Source of the DNA: Saccostrea cucullata
Lineage: Eukaryota
Direction: 5' to 3'
NCBI RefSeq assembly: GCF_032062105.1
Contig: NW_026938795.1
Span: forward strand, 62,001-126,000
Length of the DNA stretch: 64,000 nucleotides
Positions 39,836 to 52,200 of the stretch are shown one piece after another. The notes beneath the pieces were generated by a model. That model did not search any database and was not told where the DNA came from. It worked only from the letters and a program-made list of their open reading frames with translations. Each line of letters starts with the position of its first letter. Positions within the stretch are counted from its first letter, which is position 1. The translations under genes and the position numbers were made by a program.

Positions 39836-42800
39836 ATGCCAATGGAAAACTTCATACAAAATGTGGAGAGTACAAAATGGGAGAAAGTTTATCGCCTTTA
39901 CCAAAAGGGAATGGAATTGAAGATAGACAAAATGAAGAACGACAAAGGAAAAGAACTAAAGAAATTAGATTTATGGTAATTAGTAATTAGTTTCCTTGAT
40001 CATTAACTGCAGATTTGTAGCATTATGGTTTTCTGTATTTGTCTTTTACCATAACGCTGCAGATCCCGTAATGCAAAAAAGGTGCAATTTACGGCGCAAT
40101 ACTTTTTGAGCTTTTTGGGGGAGAATTTCTCCACTTTCCAGCATCGATCAATTAACTACTGTAACGTGCAACGCGGCCGAGCTTGGCAGGTCCAGTCCAA
40201 CAGGTCCAGTCCAAAGACTATTTCTACCTACGTAGCTATTAATAGCTACCTAGGTATTTAAAGCTACCAAAAGTAGCTATTTTTACCTACTTTATATAAT
40301 TTCTGCATTTTGCGACCAAAAGACCAAACGGCGCAACATGGTGAATACCATATTTTTTGATACGGTCACACCGATGATGAATATGACAAAATTTTGGCCA
40401 AAAAATGATTACTTCCTGAATCGGCAATTTTACATTAGTTTCTATGCAAAATTGATAATATACGATGTTTTCATTTTTTGGCCAAATTTTTGTCATATTC
40501 ATCATCAGTGTGACTGTATCAAGAAATTTTGTGCTCGCCATGTTGCGCCGTTACTGCATTTGGCCACAAAATGCAAGTAAAGCAGAAAGTAGGTAAAAAT
40601 AGCTACTTTGGGTAGCTTTAAATACCTAGGTAGCTATTAATACCTACGTAGGTAGAAATAGTCTTTGGACTGGACCTGTCCAAAGACTATTTCTACCTAC
40701 GCAGCTACTAATAGCTACCTAGGTATTTAAAGCTACCAAAAGTAGCTATTTTTACCTACTTTATACAGGGGTTCAAATTTTTTTTTGTCATGGTCAAGTC
40801 CAGGACTTAAAGAGTAAATTTTAGGCAAGTCCGAGGAAGAAATTTCAGAGTCCATATTTACCTATACATCATTAAATTTATGTTACTTATAATTTATTTT
40901 CATTTGTTGCATTGAATGAATAAACACTATATGTATTGATATATGTTTTATTTTTCCTCCATAAACTGTCATATAGTCATACATGATTATTTCAATACAA
41001 TACCAGACTGATAGATTATTGGTACATTACTGTCATTACAATAACTTGCACAAATACTCACTACTGAATAAACCATCTGTTACAATAAATAGATTTTTTT
41101 AGCATTACTGCTGGTAAAACCGAAATTTAACAAACTCATCATGCTCATTGCCGTTTGTCATATAGGAGGAAACATGAGGAATTGCATAAAAGTAAGAGTC
41201 TAACCGCAACGGAAAATAAAAAGACGGATTGTATTTTCGAAACGTTCGTAATGTTTATGGGTATTTTAACGCCCATTCAACCCACATTAAACCCACATTT
41301 TTACTTAATACATTTGAGAATTTGCTTTATTTTTAGCTTTACGATCATTTTTTTAGCTTAAAAAAAAGATAAACAAGAAACATAGCCAAGTCCCAGGACT
41401 TTGGCGAATTCTAAATGCCGAGTCCGGATCCGGAATTTGTTAGTCCGGGACGTCGGGCTTGAGGAATTTTGAACCCCTGTTTATATAATTTCTGCATTTT
41501 GCGACCAAAAGACCAAACAGCGCAACATGGTAAATACCATATTTTTTGATATGGTCACACTAATGATGAATACGACAAAATTTTTGCCAAAAAATGATTA
41601 CTTCCTGAATCGGCAATTTTACATTAGTTTCTATGCAAAATTGATAATATACGAAGTTTTCATTTTTTGGCCAAATTTTTGTCATATTCATCATCAGTGT
41701 GACTGTATCAAGAAATTTTGTGCTTACCATGTTGCGCCGTTCCTGCATTTTGCCACAAAATGCAAGTAAAGCAGAAAGTAGGTAAAAATAGCTACTTTGG
41801 GTAGCTTTAAATACCTACGTAGCTATTAATACCTACGTAGGTTGAAATAGTCTTTGGACTGGACCTGCTTGGTGTTTGGTGATATGTCTTATATCACCGA
41901 GGCGTTACACTTGGGTTCGTTAACCTGTTAACTCAGATTTTTGTTGACCGAATAAAATTACAATAAAATATATACAAATACAATGGGTTTCTTCTTGATT
42001 GGACAACCACTAACTGTGGTCGACGGGTGTCTCCTGCAAGTAAATTTCACTAGTCCTGCTACTCCACTAGTACTGCTGCATCTTGACACTTCCCCCACCT
42101 CTGATTGTGGTATGCCACCTCTCTCTACAACCAAATGACTGCCTTATTCAGGTCTTACGTGCATTGGTGTACTGTGAAACACTTAGCAGTTCATCCCCTG
42201 CATCCGTCTGCCTTATTCAGGTCTTACGACCGTATGCAAGAGAAGAAACAAACTAATGTTTATCCACTCCGTCACCAGAGAGGTCCCCTGAGTTCCTGTA
42301 ACACAACATGTATTACCTCAGTGCAGCCCCCGTACAATAGCAGTCTCATACTACTTGTATGATCGTAAAATTAATATTTTTTAGTGTTTAAGAATTTATA
42401 TAAGAACGTAGGTCTAACGTTAAAACGAAACTAAATCACAAAACCAATTTCCGTTTCACTACCTTTCACTTCCTAATTCTAGGCACATTATTTAACTAAC
42501 CTGTATATTTGATCCATCTCCTAACCCTTTATAGTCGCGACTCTACAAGTGATAAACTCGCTTGATTAAAATTATTTGTTAGATTGCTGAAAATTCACTT
42601 CAAGCGAGGTTATTACCTGTAGAGACAACTATAAATGGTTGGGAGGTGGATAAAATATAAATATTGGCTACAGAATATGTCTAGAGTTAGGGAGTGAAGT
42701 GTAGTTAATTGACCAATGCTAGAAAGTGGAGAAATTCTCCTCAAAAGTGCACAAAAAATATTGCACCGTAAATTGTACCTTTTTTGTATTGCGGGATCTG

Positions 42801-44801
42801 TAGCATTATGGTAAATGACAAATATATAAAATCATAACGCTACAGATCTGCAGCTACTTGATCATGTGAAAAAAAAAAAAAAAGAGTTGGGGGAGGGGGG
42901 AGTCTTCTTTCTCTTACTCTTAAGAGTTCAATATATTAGTATAGATATAAAGATTGATGAGGCTCTTGATCTTTAAGCATGTTAAAGATAAAAATAAAAG
43001 TTTGTAATTTTATAAGCTTATGCGTAACTTATTATAAGTTCTCAAAGAAATTATATTTTAATATTCATAACTATTGATATTTGTGCTTTAAGTATAGATT
43101 GATGTGAATATTTTTAGGTTCCAGGAAGAATTGCCATCTGCCATTAAAGACAGGAAAGACAAACACATCACAAAAGCAGAGCTGTGTAAACTGATGAAGT
43201 GGAAGCTTAGTGTATGATCTGATCCGTAATTCTTCTGAGTCTTACCCCTGCTTTTTATATTGTGACATGTGCATAAAAAGCAGGGGTTAGAGTCAGAGGA
43301 GTCTCGGATTATATATATGATCGAATTGATCAAACAAAATGAAAATTGTCTGATATTCACTTAATACTGTTCATGACTTATACAGAGCTGCCAACCCTTA
43401 CAATTTTGGCGCAAGTCTTACGAAATTAGCATCTAAAATACGCCTTACGATTTCTATCTATATTCTTCCGATTTCAGTTTTCTTTGATCAAAGTTTATAA
43501 TATTGGAGTTTTCATAGCTGGTCTTCTACAGTTTCTACTATTATAATTGAATATTTATAATCCTTACGATGCTTGCTTATGTTGTTGTTTCGGTTTTGAA
43601 GGCTGATCGTATTCATGTCAATGTTTTAAAGTAAACAAAATAGAAACATGCTTCAAATCGCTCCAATTACATGTCCATTTACAAAATATCTTCAGCGGCT
43701 TGGGGCTAAGGTGGTCCCTGGACCCCGCCTTACTATTTGTCATTTCAGAATTTTGGCAGCTCTGCTTATAATGTGAACATAATAAAAATTATAACAACAG
43801 AAAATTAATTTGCCTTAAAAACTAGAATTTAGTAGTGTAAGCTTTTAAACCCTTATTGATAAAGAATGTACATGCATGTAATGCATTGAATTATTTCATA
43901 AACAGAGAGGCAAATTTCGCCCCCGACTCCAGCAAATGGTGGAATCAAACCCTGAAGATACAGTTGTGTCAGCAAGTAAAAAGGCCTTCAAGCATTTACC
44001 AAACTTAAAAAAGGCCATAGAAGAGCTCACAGTTTTAAAAGCAGTGGGACCAGCAACTGCTTCTGGTATGTATATCTATCTAAATATGCTTTATATTGTT
44101 TCTGTTCTGTATCTCCACTGTTTAGAATCTGATTGGTAACTGGAAGACAATTGACGCCAATTCTGAAATAGTTGTGGCATAAATTAATTTCTAAATGAAG
44201 AAATTCTACTTGTGAACACAAGGCTGAAGATTTCAACAGTTTTCACTCTTTGCCATACTATCTTTGAAAATACTTGAAATTTTTTTTTACAACTGTGTGC
44301 CTCTACAGCTGTGCTGACAGCAGGTGCCCCTGAACAAGCGGCCTTTATGGCAGACGAGAGCATGCAGGCTTTACCAGGACTACAGCCTCTACAGTACACT
44401 ACAGGCTTCTACTTACAGTATATGGATCAAATAAAACAACTGATGAAAATGCTTCAGAAAGGTAATAATCAGACTCAGATATGTCTCACTGTAGACTGTT
44501 ACAGATAAGTAATCTTTTTAGAGTGAACTCTGTTCTCTCTCTCTTTCTCTCAGATTAATTACCTTATTTCTATGTAGGTGACAAAGACTGGACAGCCCAC
44601 AAGGTGGAATTGACGTTATGGACATTTGAGTACCTTGGGAAGGCAGCCCCAGCCCTACTGACAGACACACTAGAGGAGACACCCAAACGAAAACAGGATC
44701 AGGAAACTAACGGAGATATCAAGTCAAATAAAAAAAAGAAAACTTACTTCTATTTTATTTTAATTTGTCATATAAGTGGTTATGATATTCAGGGTGCATG
44801 A
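39836..44801 (+). CDS. Amun-like uncharacterised nuclear protein, HhH DNA-glycosylase-like fold
   Basis: Phase-consistent exons 39836-39975, 43118-43211, 43906-44065, 44309-44461, 44578-44801. Motifs LDLWFQEELP, ELCKLMKWKLSRGKFRPRL, LTVLKAVGPATASAVL, FMADE and WTAHKVELTLW match the Drosophila Amun family as I recall it. The extreme C-terminus after the A-run at ~44730 is uncertain. Confidence 0.85.
40201..40678. mobile_element. Palindromic MITE, copy A (intact, 478 bp), inserted in the TIR of copy B
   Basis: Same TIRs as copy B; TSD TCCAA at 40196-40200 and 40679-40683. Confidence 0.9.
40766..41479. mobile_element. MITE with CAGGGG termini and 6-bp TSD (hAT6-like)
   Basis: TIR CAGGGGTTCAAA; TSD TTTATA. 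The empty site is readable in copy A at ~40290. Confidence 0.85.
43383..43764. mobile_element. MITE with 6-bp TSD
   Basis: TIR CAGAGCTGCCAA; TSD CTTATA on both sides. Confidence 0.8.
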
Positions 44802-46223
44802 TTATCATTGGAACCATTTTATCACTGCTTCCAGTGCATCCCTCTCATTGATTGTACCAGTTACTTGTAATAATTCAACTGGCCCAGTGGGTTTGCAGCC
44901 CTCCACCTGCTACTGGTGCCATCTCCATATGAGAGAAAATTTCTTCAGAGGGATCAACGTTAAATAACAAACAAAGAATACATTCCCTTAATGGACCTTA
45001 AAGTAGAAGTACTTAATTTACTTACTTATTTACAAATTACTGGTAAACAATTTTTAAAAAGTTTATCATGTGTCTTTGTACCAAGAGCAATTGTAAGCTT
45101 GAATTGGAGGGGGCTTCTAGACAAAAAAACAAGATGTGTTTGTGAAACACTGTGCCCATGATTGTAACACAATTCTGGAGCTGCACGAAGACTGAAGTGG
45201 TATAAACGTACCTATGACAGTGCAATAGTTATGGGCTAGGTTAAGTTGACAACAGACAGATCACAAGATAAAAACAATATACCCTGGGATCTTTTGATCC
45301 AGGGGCAAAAAAATGTTTTAATTATAATATATAGTATAAAAGAAAAAAGAATAGAAAAAGAAAGCCTACACAATAAAGAACTGTGAGTCTAATGTTGGAG
45401 AAGAGGTCATGCGATGGTCTGTCTATCTGTCTGTAAACAATTTTCAAAATGCTACTCCTCTGATGATTTTGGTCTGAATTTAATGTACCGGTAATTAGTA
45501 AGTAGAGTACATTAAGATATATCTGTCTTTTTATTGATTTCAATGGATGTTGTTGTCATGGTTACTAGAAATAGAAATTTCTGTCAATTACTTTAAAAAT
45601 TCAACTTCTACAGTTTATTGGTACAAAGAGTAGACTACACTAAGTTATACATATGCATAATTTTTTTTATATGGGTTTTTGATTTTGGAGAATATTGTTG
45701 CCATGGTTACTAAAATAAGATATTTCTGTGAAATTGATCTGTCAAAACTCTACTCCTCCTTCCGTTTTAATCTAATTACTTAATATGGCTTGACATGCAA
45801 GTATTACTTGTTTAAACTACGTACATGATTTAATTTTAAGGTGCATTGATGAACATTTGCAGGTAAAAAATGGTTGCAGAAATTCTTGCAAAAATTGCTC
45901 ATCTTGCCGTTTAAAACTGATTTCAATAATTCTTGTCATGAAAATAAACCAAACCAATGATCATTATGCGACTTTTTTTAATTGCTCTATGTTGCTTTTG
46001 TCTTCAAACCAGTAAAGTTTCAGTCTCTTCAGAGACTTCTGGTTTTCAAATTACACTAGAAAAAATACCCTCTGGAATTAAAGCATTTTTAGGTGAGAAA
46101 AACGTTTTTTTTTTTTTGTTTTTTTTTAAACCATTCCAGAAAATAAGAATCGGGATCGTTATTCACCTCTTCAGTGTAAAGCCGGTTCCGCCATCTTGGT
46201 TGTGGCACGTTGATTGAAAAGGC

Positions 46224-49200
46224 ATGGCACATTTCAACCCCCCTCTAATACAAGACAACCCCAATGGATGGGGTCCTTGTGCGATACCAGATCAGTTTAA
46301 AGATCTTCCCTATCAACCATTTTCCAAAGGAGATCGTCTAGGAAAGGTGAATTATTGAAACACGAATATGGAAGTCCATATGGTTCACAGGGTTTTGAGA
46401 CATCTCAGCCAAATCGGGTATAGATAATTTTCAGTAGACCCAAATAAACAAGAGTCATTTCCCAATAGCCGCCATATTGATGGTCAACCTGGTAATTTTC
46501 CCTCTTTGTTACCTACCAAATGTAAGAGGGACAGGCCAGGTGTAGCAGAAATATTTGGGAGAGGGTCTTTATGGAATAAAAATTATGAAATAAAGAAGGC
46601 TCTAACAAATGTATATTTTTATTTAAGAAAAACAATATTTCCCACCCCACAATTGCCAGTATAAAAAGTTAATGTTGGTTAAATAATGGAAGGAATATGC
46701 AGTCTTCACGAAAACTTTTCAAACTAACTGGCGAGTCGGACCAGTGAACTTTCAAAATTTACTGACCCTTTATAATTTTTACTCATGAGTGAGTGAGTGA
46801 GTGGCGGGGCGGGCAGGTCCCCTTAATTAAAAATTAAAATAAATACATTTTCATAATTGTAAGTTAATACATGTTTACTTACTTCAACTTTTGAAATGCC
46901 GCCATTTTTCCTCCTTTGTCACGTTTCGATAAGTTGTTCGTTGAAAATTCGCACAATTTACATACTAGTTAATAGTTACTAGCTAGTTATGGTTGTTACG
47001 TAATACATCCATGTTGTAATAATACAATTCAACAACACATGTTTGTTCATTTTATTTCATATATTAATGAAGTTTACGCAAGTAATTAAGTTAAAATTTA
47101 TATTGACTTTGTATGATTTTTATAATCAAGAAGCCCATCAGACTTCTTGAATTTTGATTTTCACTGTCCCGGCATCAAAATTCACCGGCCTCGGTCTTCG
47201 GACCAGTGTGTTTTCGTGAAGACTGAATATGAGCATGTTGACCCTAGGGCTGTTAGGGTTCCATAATTTTTTGGGTCAGGTTGGTTCTTAACTTTTTAGG
47301 TTCGGTTTCGGGTTTTTCAGTTCGGGTTTATAATAAAATAAAGACTCATGATTTGAATTATATTCAACAAAATCTTTTTATTGTTTTTAAATCCAAGAAA
47401 CAGCAACATAATGACTGGATTAAAGAAGTTTCCTAACTAGAAAAATACTATAAACCAACAATTATTCGTGTGCAAGATTTTTGCGAAGTTCGCGATAGCA
47501 AATATCATCGTCATCGCAAATATTTCTCGCTGCGAACCGGTCCTTAAAGTGCATGTGTCTATTAACAACAGATCCAAAAAGGCTTGATTGCGAAAATTAA
47601 TCATCTCGAACTAGTTTATCCCTTGTAAATCGCGAAATAAAGTTGTCGAAAATAAAAGTTGGTTTACAGTAATTGAACCAAATGATTCAAATCACATTAT
47701 AATGGTGATATACTAATGATCCTTTTGTTTTAGATGCCATTTTTATGGTAAAGCATACTCTGTTGTACAAATCGGAACTGAACAGGATTCCAGAAAAACA
47801 ACCGAACCCAACCCGAATGAATTGTTCCATCATTCCAGGTCATTTTGGGTATAGTTGACCCCAGTATGGCGGCCAACGGGAAATAACTCTTCTTAATTTG
47901 AGTCTACTGAAAACTATATAGTATAACGGCCGGAGAAGGGACCTAATGAGCCACCATAAATTCCTTGATGCCTCGCTTCTAACTCTAAAAACTTCTATTT
48001 AAAAAAATTTATGAAAAGTTTTGCCAGTTGAAAAGTAGAATGCTGTCTTTTATTCAGTTGTCATAAACTTGTTGAACTTCCAAGAATAAGGTCGCCATCC
48101 TTAATCGTACACCATTTTTCCAAGCAGTTTTTGTTCTGTCTCCATACTTGTCATCTCTTGTGCTTGCTTAGAACAAAGGTTTAAAATATAACTGCTTTTG
48201 ATCAACTTCGCTATATTTGAGTGAGTGTTAATCATCTGTTTCACGAGTTAAGCACTTTTGCTCATTAGCCTCAGAGTTCAGTTGGGTCAGCCACATTTGA
48301 TTCTGCAAACAACTAGTAATATTATCCAATTGTCTTTCACCTGATTTTAACTTCAGTCATTCATTACGAATTTCATTCAATTTTGTTCATCACTTTAATG
48401 TTTTTAATTTGTGGTTTCTATAATTTTCATTTTTTGAAGCAATATTATTTCCTATCGTCATGAACTTTATTGCAAGAAACCCTGGTATTATGATTAAGAC
48501 AAATAATAAAAAAAAAATATTCATATAAAACAAAGTCTAGAGAATTTCATGCCCTTTTCTGAGATAACCATGTAGTAACATACAACATACAGTTACTGCA
48601 GTAAAATTGGTTAATATTTAATATAATTTGCTATCATGATTTTATAGGTGTCTGATTGGACCGGAGCTACATACCAAGACAAGAGACATCTAGGTAAGGA
48701 AATACAATTGGAGCATTTAACAGTTAAAGTCAGAAATATTGTTTATAGATGTTTCCTTTGCTAAAACCAGAGTGGAAATGAACTTTTTGATTTACAGGGA
48801 AATATTCCTCTGCATTTGGTGGTGGTGCCAGCCAGTATGCTTACTACCATGAAGAGGATGAGAATAGCTTCCAGCTTGTGGACACCTCCAAGATCCAGAA
48901 GCCCCAGTACCAGAGAGGCCGCAGGGTGTTCCAACAGGTGGGGGACTCCTACAGATGATAAACTCTTTATGATATCTATGACACATATTAAAGGGTTTTT
49001 CAATGAGAATTTTATTTCTTTCAGATAATTTTTTTTTTGTAATGAGAGGGAGCTCTAACATGTCTGAAGAGTCAGGATATTTTTCATAGAGAAAATCAAT
49101 GTCTTGATACAATAGAATATTTCCTTAGAAATAATTAAGTTCTAGTTTAATTAATTTATTTGATCTAAAGAACAAACAAAGAAGAGAAAGAGAGATGAGA

Positions 49201-52200
49201 AAGCAGCAGAACCAGGCCAACATGCAGGTGCTCTCCAAGACACAGAAGAGTAGAGAGAGGTAAAGTGAAAGTGGTACTTTTACACAGAATGGTAGAGAGA
49301 GGTAAAGTGAAAGTACTTATCAGACACAGAGTGGTAGAGAGAGGGAGATTAATTGAAAGTGGTACTCAGACAGTGATAGGTAGAAAGAGGTAAACTAAAA
49401 GCATTAATCAAACATTGAAGACTAGAGAGAAGTAAAGTGAAAGTAGTAATCCATAAAAGTGGATTATCACCATTAGGGCTGCCACGGTTCAGACATTTTT
49501 CGGTTCGGTTCAGAAAATGAATTCTCGGTTTTCGGTTTTTTCGGTTCGGTTTTCATTTTGAGAATTTAAATAAAACATCTTTATATATATCAAAGGATAA
49601 TAAGGATTAAGAGAGAGTACTATTTTGTGACACAAATTTCTATCCATTTTATTCAACAGAACAAGTTGTTAAATGTAACAAAAAATAACAAAGTAATAAA
49701 CTTCTTGTTTAAAATAAAATAAAATAAATATAGTTGTTGACTAGAGTTATCACCAAATCACAAGTGTGGGAATACTTCACGTTTTTGAAAGTAGGGGACA
49801 TGGTTGAAAAAACAATTACTTGTGATTTGGTTTTCCTTCCACATGTGTATGCCATGTTTAAATGTCTTCGATGTTACCTGTATTTTCATTGGTTAAAGAA
49901 CCCTTCATTGAAATAAACAACCAATCACAACGCGTGTTGCAAGCAAATTAGTATTATATAAAAGATAAAAAAAAACGAACCGAATCGGAAAACCGTCTCG
50001 AACCGAACCGAATGCCACGAGTTTTCGGTTAACCGTGACAGCCCTAATCACCATCTTAATGATGATCTTTATCTTTTTTCAGAGACAGACAGAGGCAGCT
50101 GAGAAAATGGCAAAAACAATTTGGAAGACAAATGCAGGAAAACAGAAATAAGGTAATGTTTGTCCATTGAAAAAGTCTAAAGCTCTCATTTCTCTGGTAT
50201 ATAAACATGGCAACTTTAAAATAGCTTGCATTATTACTATCATACAGCAAAAATGTCTGTTGACCAAAGCTTAAAAAAAATAATATCATGCATGTATATG
50301 TGTAGTTGATCAAGTAAAATAATATATGTATTTCTGGCAAATTTTTCCATGAACTCCTTGTTCAGTAGAATCTTGCATGTTATTTGTAGGCTCCATTAAA
50401 ACACAGAGATGCCTCAGTTCAGGTCAAAGACAACTGGGAGGTAGTGGAGGAGATGGATTTCCCGCGACTGACCAAACTCAGTCTGCCCTCGGTAGACGAC
50501 GCCGTGGATCTGTAAGTCAAACACTGGCAGCAAATCAAGCTTAAGATTACACTGAATTTATGTTTCTTGTTTAGTTATTTTGATAATGTATTTTATAACT
50601 TATTTAATAAACAGGTTGAAGTGCGGTAGTATGGAGTACTATGACAAGCAGTATGATAGAATGTCAACAAAGAATGAGAAACGGATGAAGAGGATTGACC
50701 GAGTGTTCCACAAAGTGACCACCACTGACGACCCCATCATCAGACAGGTAAATTGAAATCCATATAACTGTGTCATATATCATCTTGAATGACATGTATG
50801 AGAAAAATATATCTAGAAATGACTGATAATAAGAGAAATTTTCAAAAAAAAGTTTTAAAAAGGAACTGCTTTTAAGATCAATATTTATTTTGTTTAGAAA
50901 TATTAATTTAATTTGTACACATTTGAATATCTTTCTCAGTCCAGTGGTAGTGTGTTTATAATCACTAATTATAAGTGTATACATTTGAACAGCTTGCTAA
51001 GTCCAGTGGTAATATGTTTATAATCACTAATTATAAGTGTAAACATTTGAACAGCTTGCTAAGTCCAGTGGTAATGTGTTTGCTACTGATGCCATCCTGG
51101 CTACCCTGATGTGCTGCACGAGATCGGTCTACTCCTGGGACATCATTGTACAGCGCGTCGGGAACAAGCTCTTCTTTGACAAGAGAGACGATTCCGAGTT
51201 TGACCTGCTCTCTGTCAGCGAGACGGCCACAGAACCCCCGCAGGATGAAGGGAACAGCATTAATTCCCCTCGTAACCTCGCCCTGGAAGCCACCTTTATC
51301 AACCACAACTTCTCCCAGCAAGTTCTACGAATGGTGTGTTTCTGTTTATGTATCAAATGTATTTAGTCAGAAAAATGTTGGCAAAATTATTGTAATATAT
51401 TCAATAATAATTAAAGTATAAACATGGAATAAAATGGGGTAAAAGTAATAACTCGTAAAAAACTTCTTAAAAAATAAATTATTTTATTTCTATAGGGAGA
51501 TGAAAAGTACAGCTTTGAGAAGACTAATCCTTTTGTACAAAAAGATGAAGCATCCAATATAGCATCAGTAGGATATAGGTAAATCTTAATCTATGTGCAG
51601 AATACACCGTCTTACAAAAGATTCTGTAAATTCATAGTGTTACTGTGGGTATTTGTATTTTTAATACAAATTTGGACATTTGTTTTCCAGGTATCGTAAA
51701 TTTCAACTAGGAAATGACATTGAGTTAATATGTCGCTGTGAACATGATGCTGTTCTGATGGGACCTAATGGTGAACTGCAATTTATTAACATCAAAACAC
51801 TCAATGAATGGGACTCTAGAGTAAGGATTTGTTCATTACAAAAACGAGATATATTAAGAAAGCTCTAAACACTAATAAAATGCACTTTTAGGACTTAAAA
51901 TGCAAAGAATATTTTAATCTATTACAAAATCTTAATCTTTAAGTTTAAGGGCAGATCACTAACTGTAAAAAAAACTACCCTTGTAGTAGAACTCTTTAGT
52001 ATGCAGTGTTTAGAGCTTCCTTAATGAAATTATATCTCTACCAAATACAAGTTACTTATAAAGGAAAATATGCACAATGTAAGATCAAAAAAAGGAGAGG
52101 AAAGAAAAATTATCTGGTAATGTTTTAAAAAAAATAACAGATATGTATGCAACTGTGAATTGCATTCCACTTGTAATTTGTGTGGCTTCATGCGTTGCTT

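Larger units (their letters stand above)
40187..41867. mobile_element. Palindromic ~480-bp MITE, copy B (interrupted twice), 5-bp TSD
   Basis: CAGGTCCAGTCCAAAGAC TIRs; TSD CTTGG at 40182-40186 and 41868-41872. Confidence 0.9.
40160..42458. mobile_element. Solo LTR-like insertion (TG...CA, 4-bp TSD)
   Basis: TGTAACG...CGTTTCA ends; TSD CTAC at 40156-40159 and 42459-42462. Confidence 0.75.
40004..42856. mobile_element. Mutator/foldback-like element with 9-bp TSD, hosting nested insertions
   Basis: TA(A/G)CTGCAGAT termini. Arms 40004-40159 plus 42463-42564 pair with 42601-42856. TSD CTTGATCAT at 39995-40003 and 42857-42865. Confidence 0.9.

Noticed and set aside
39691-39990. 99-aa ORF at the divergent promoter
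   Set aside because: Wrong frame. The frame from ATG 39836 is the one that joins exon 2 to give the conserved LD.WFQEELP motif.
40287-41769. Similar ORFs on both strands (MVNTIFFDTVT../MASTKFLDTVT..)
   Set aside because: A by-product of the palindromic MITE present in two copies; no protein family features.
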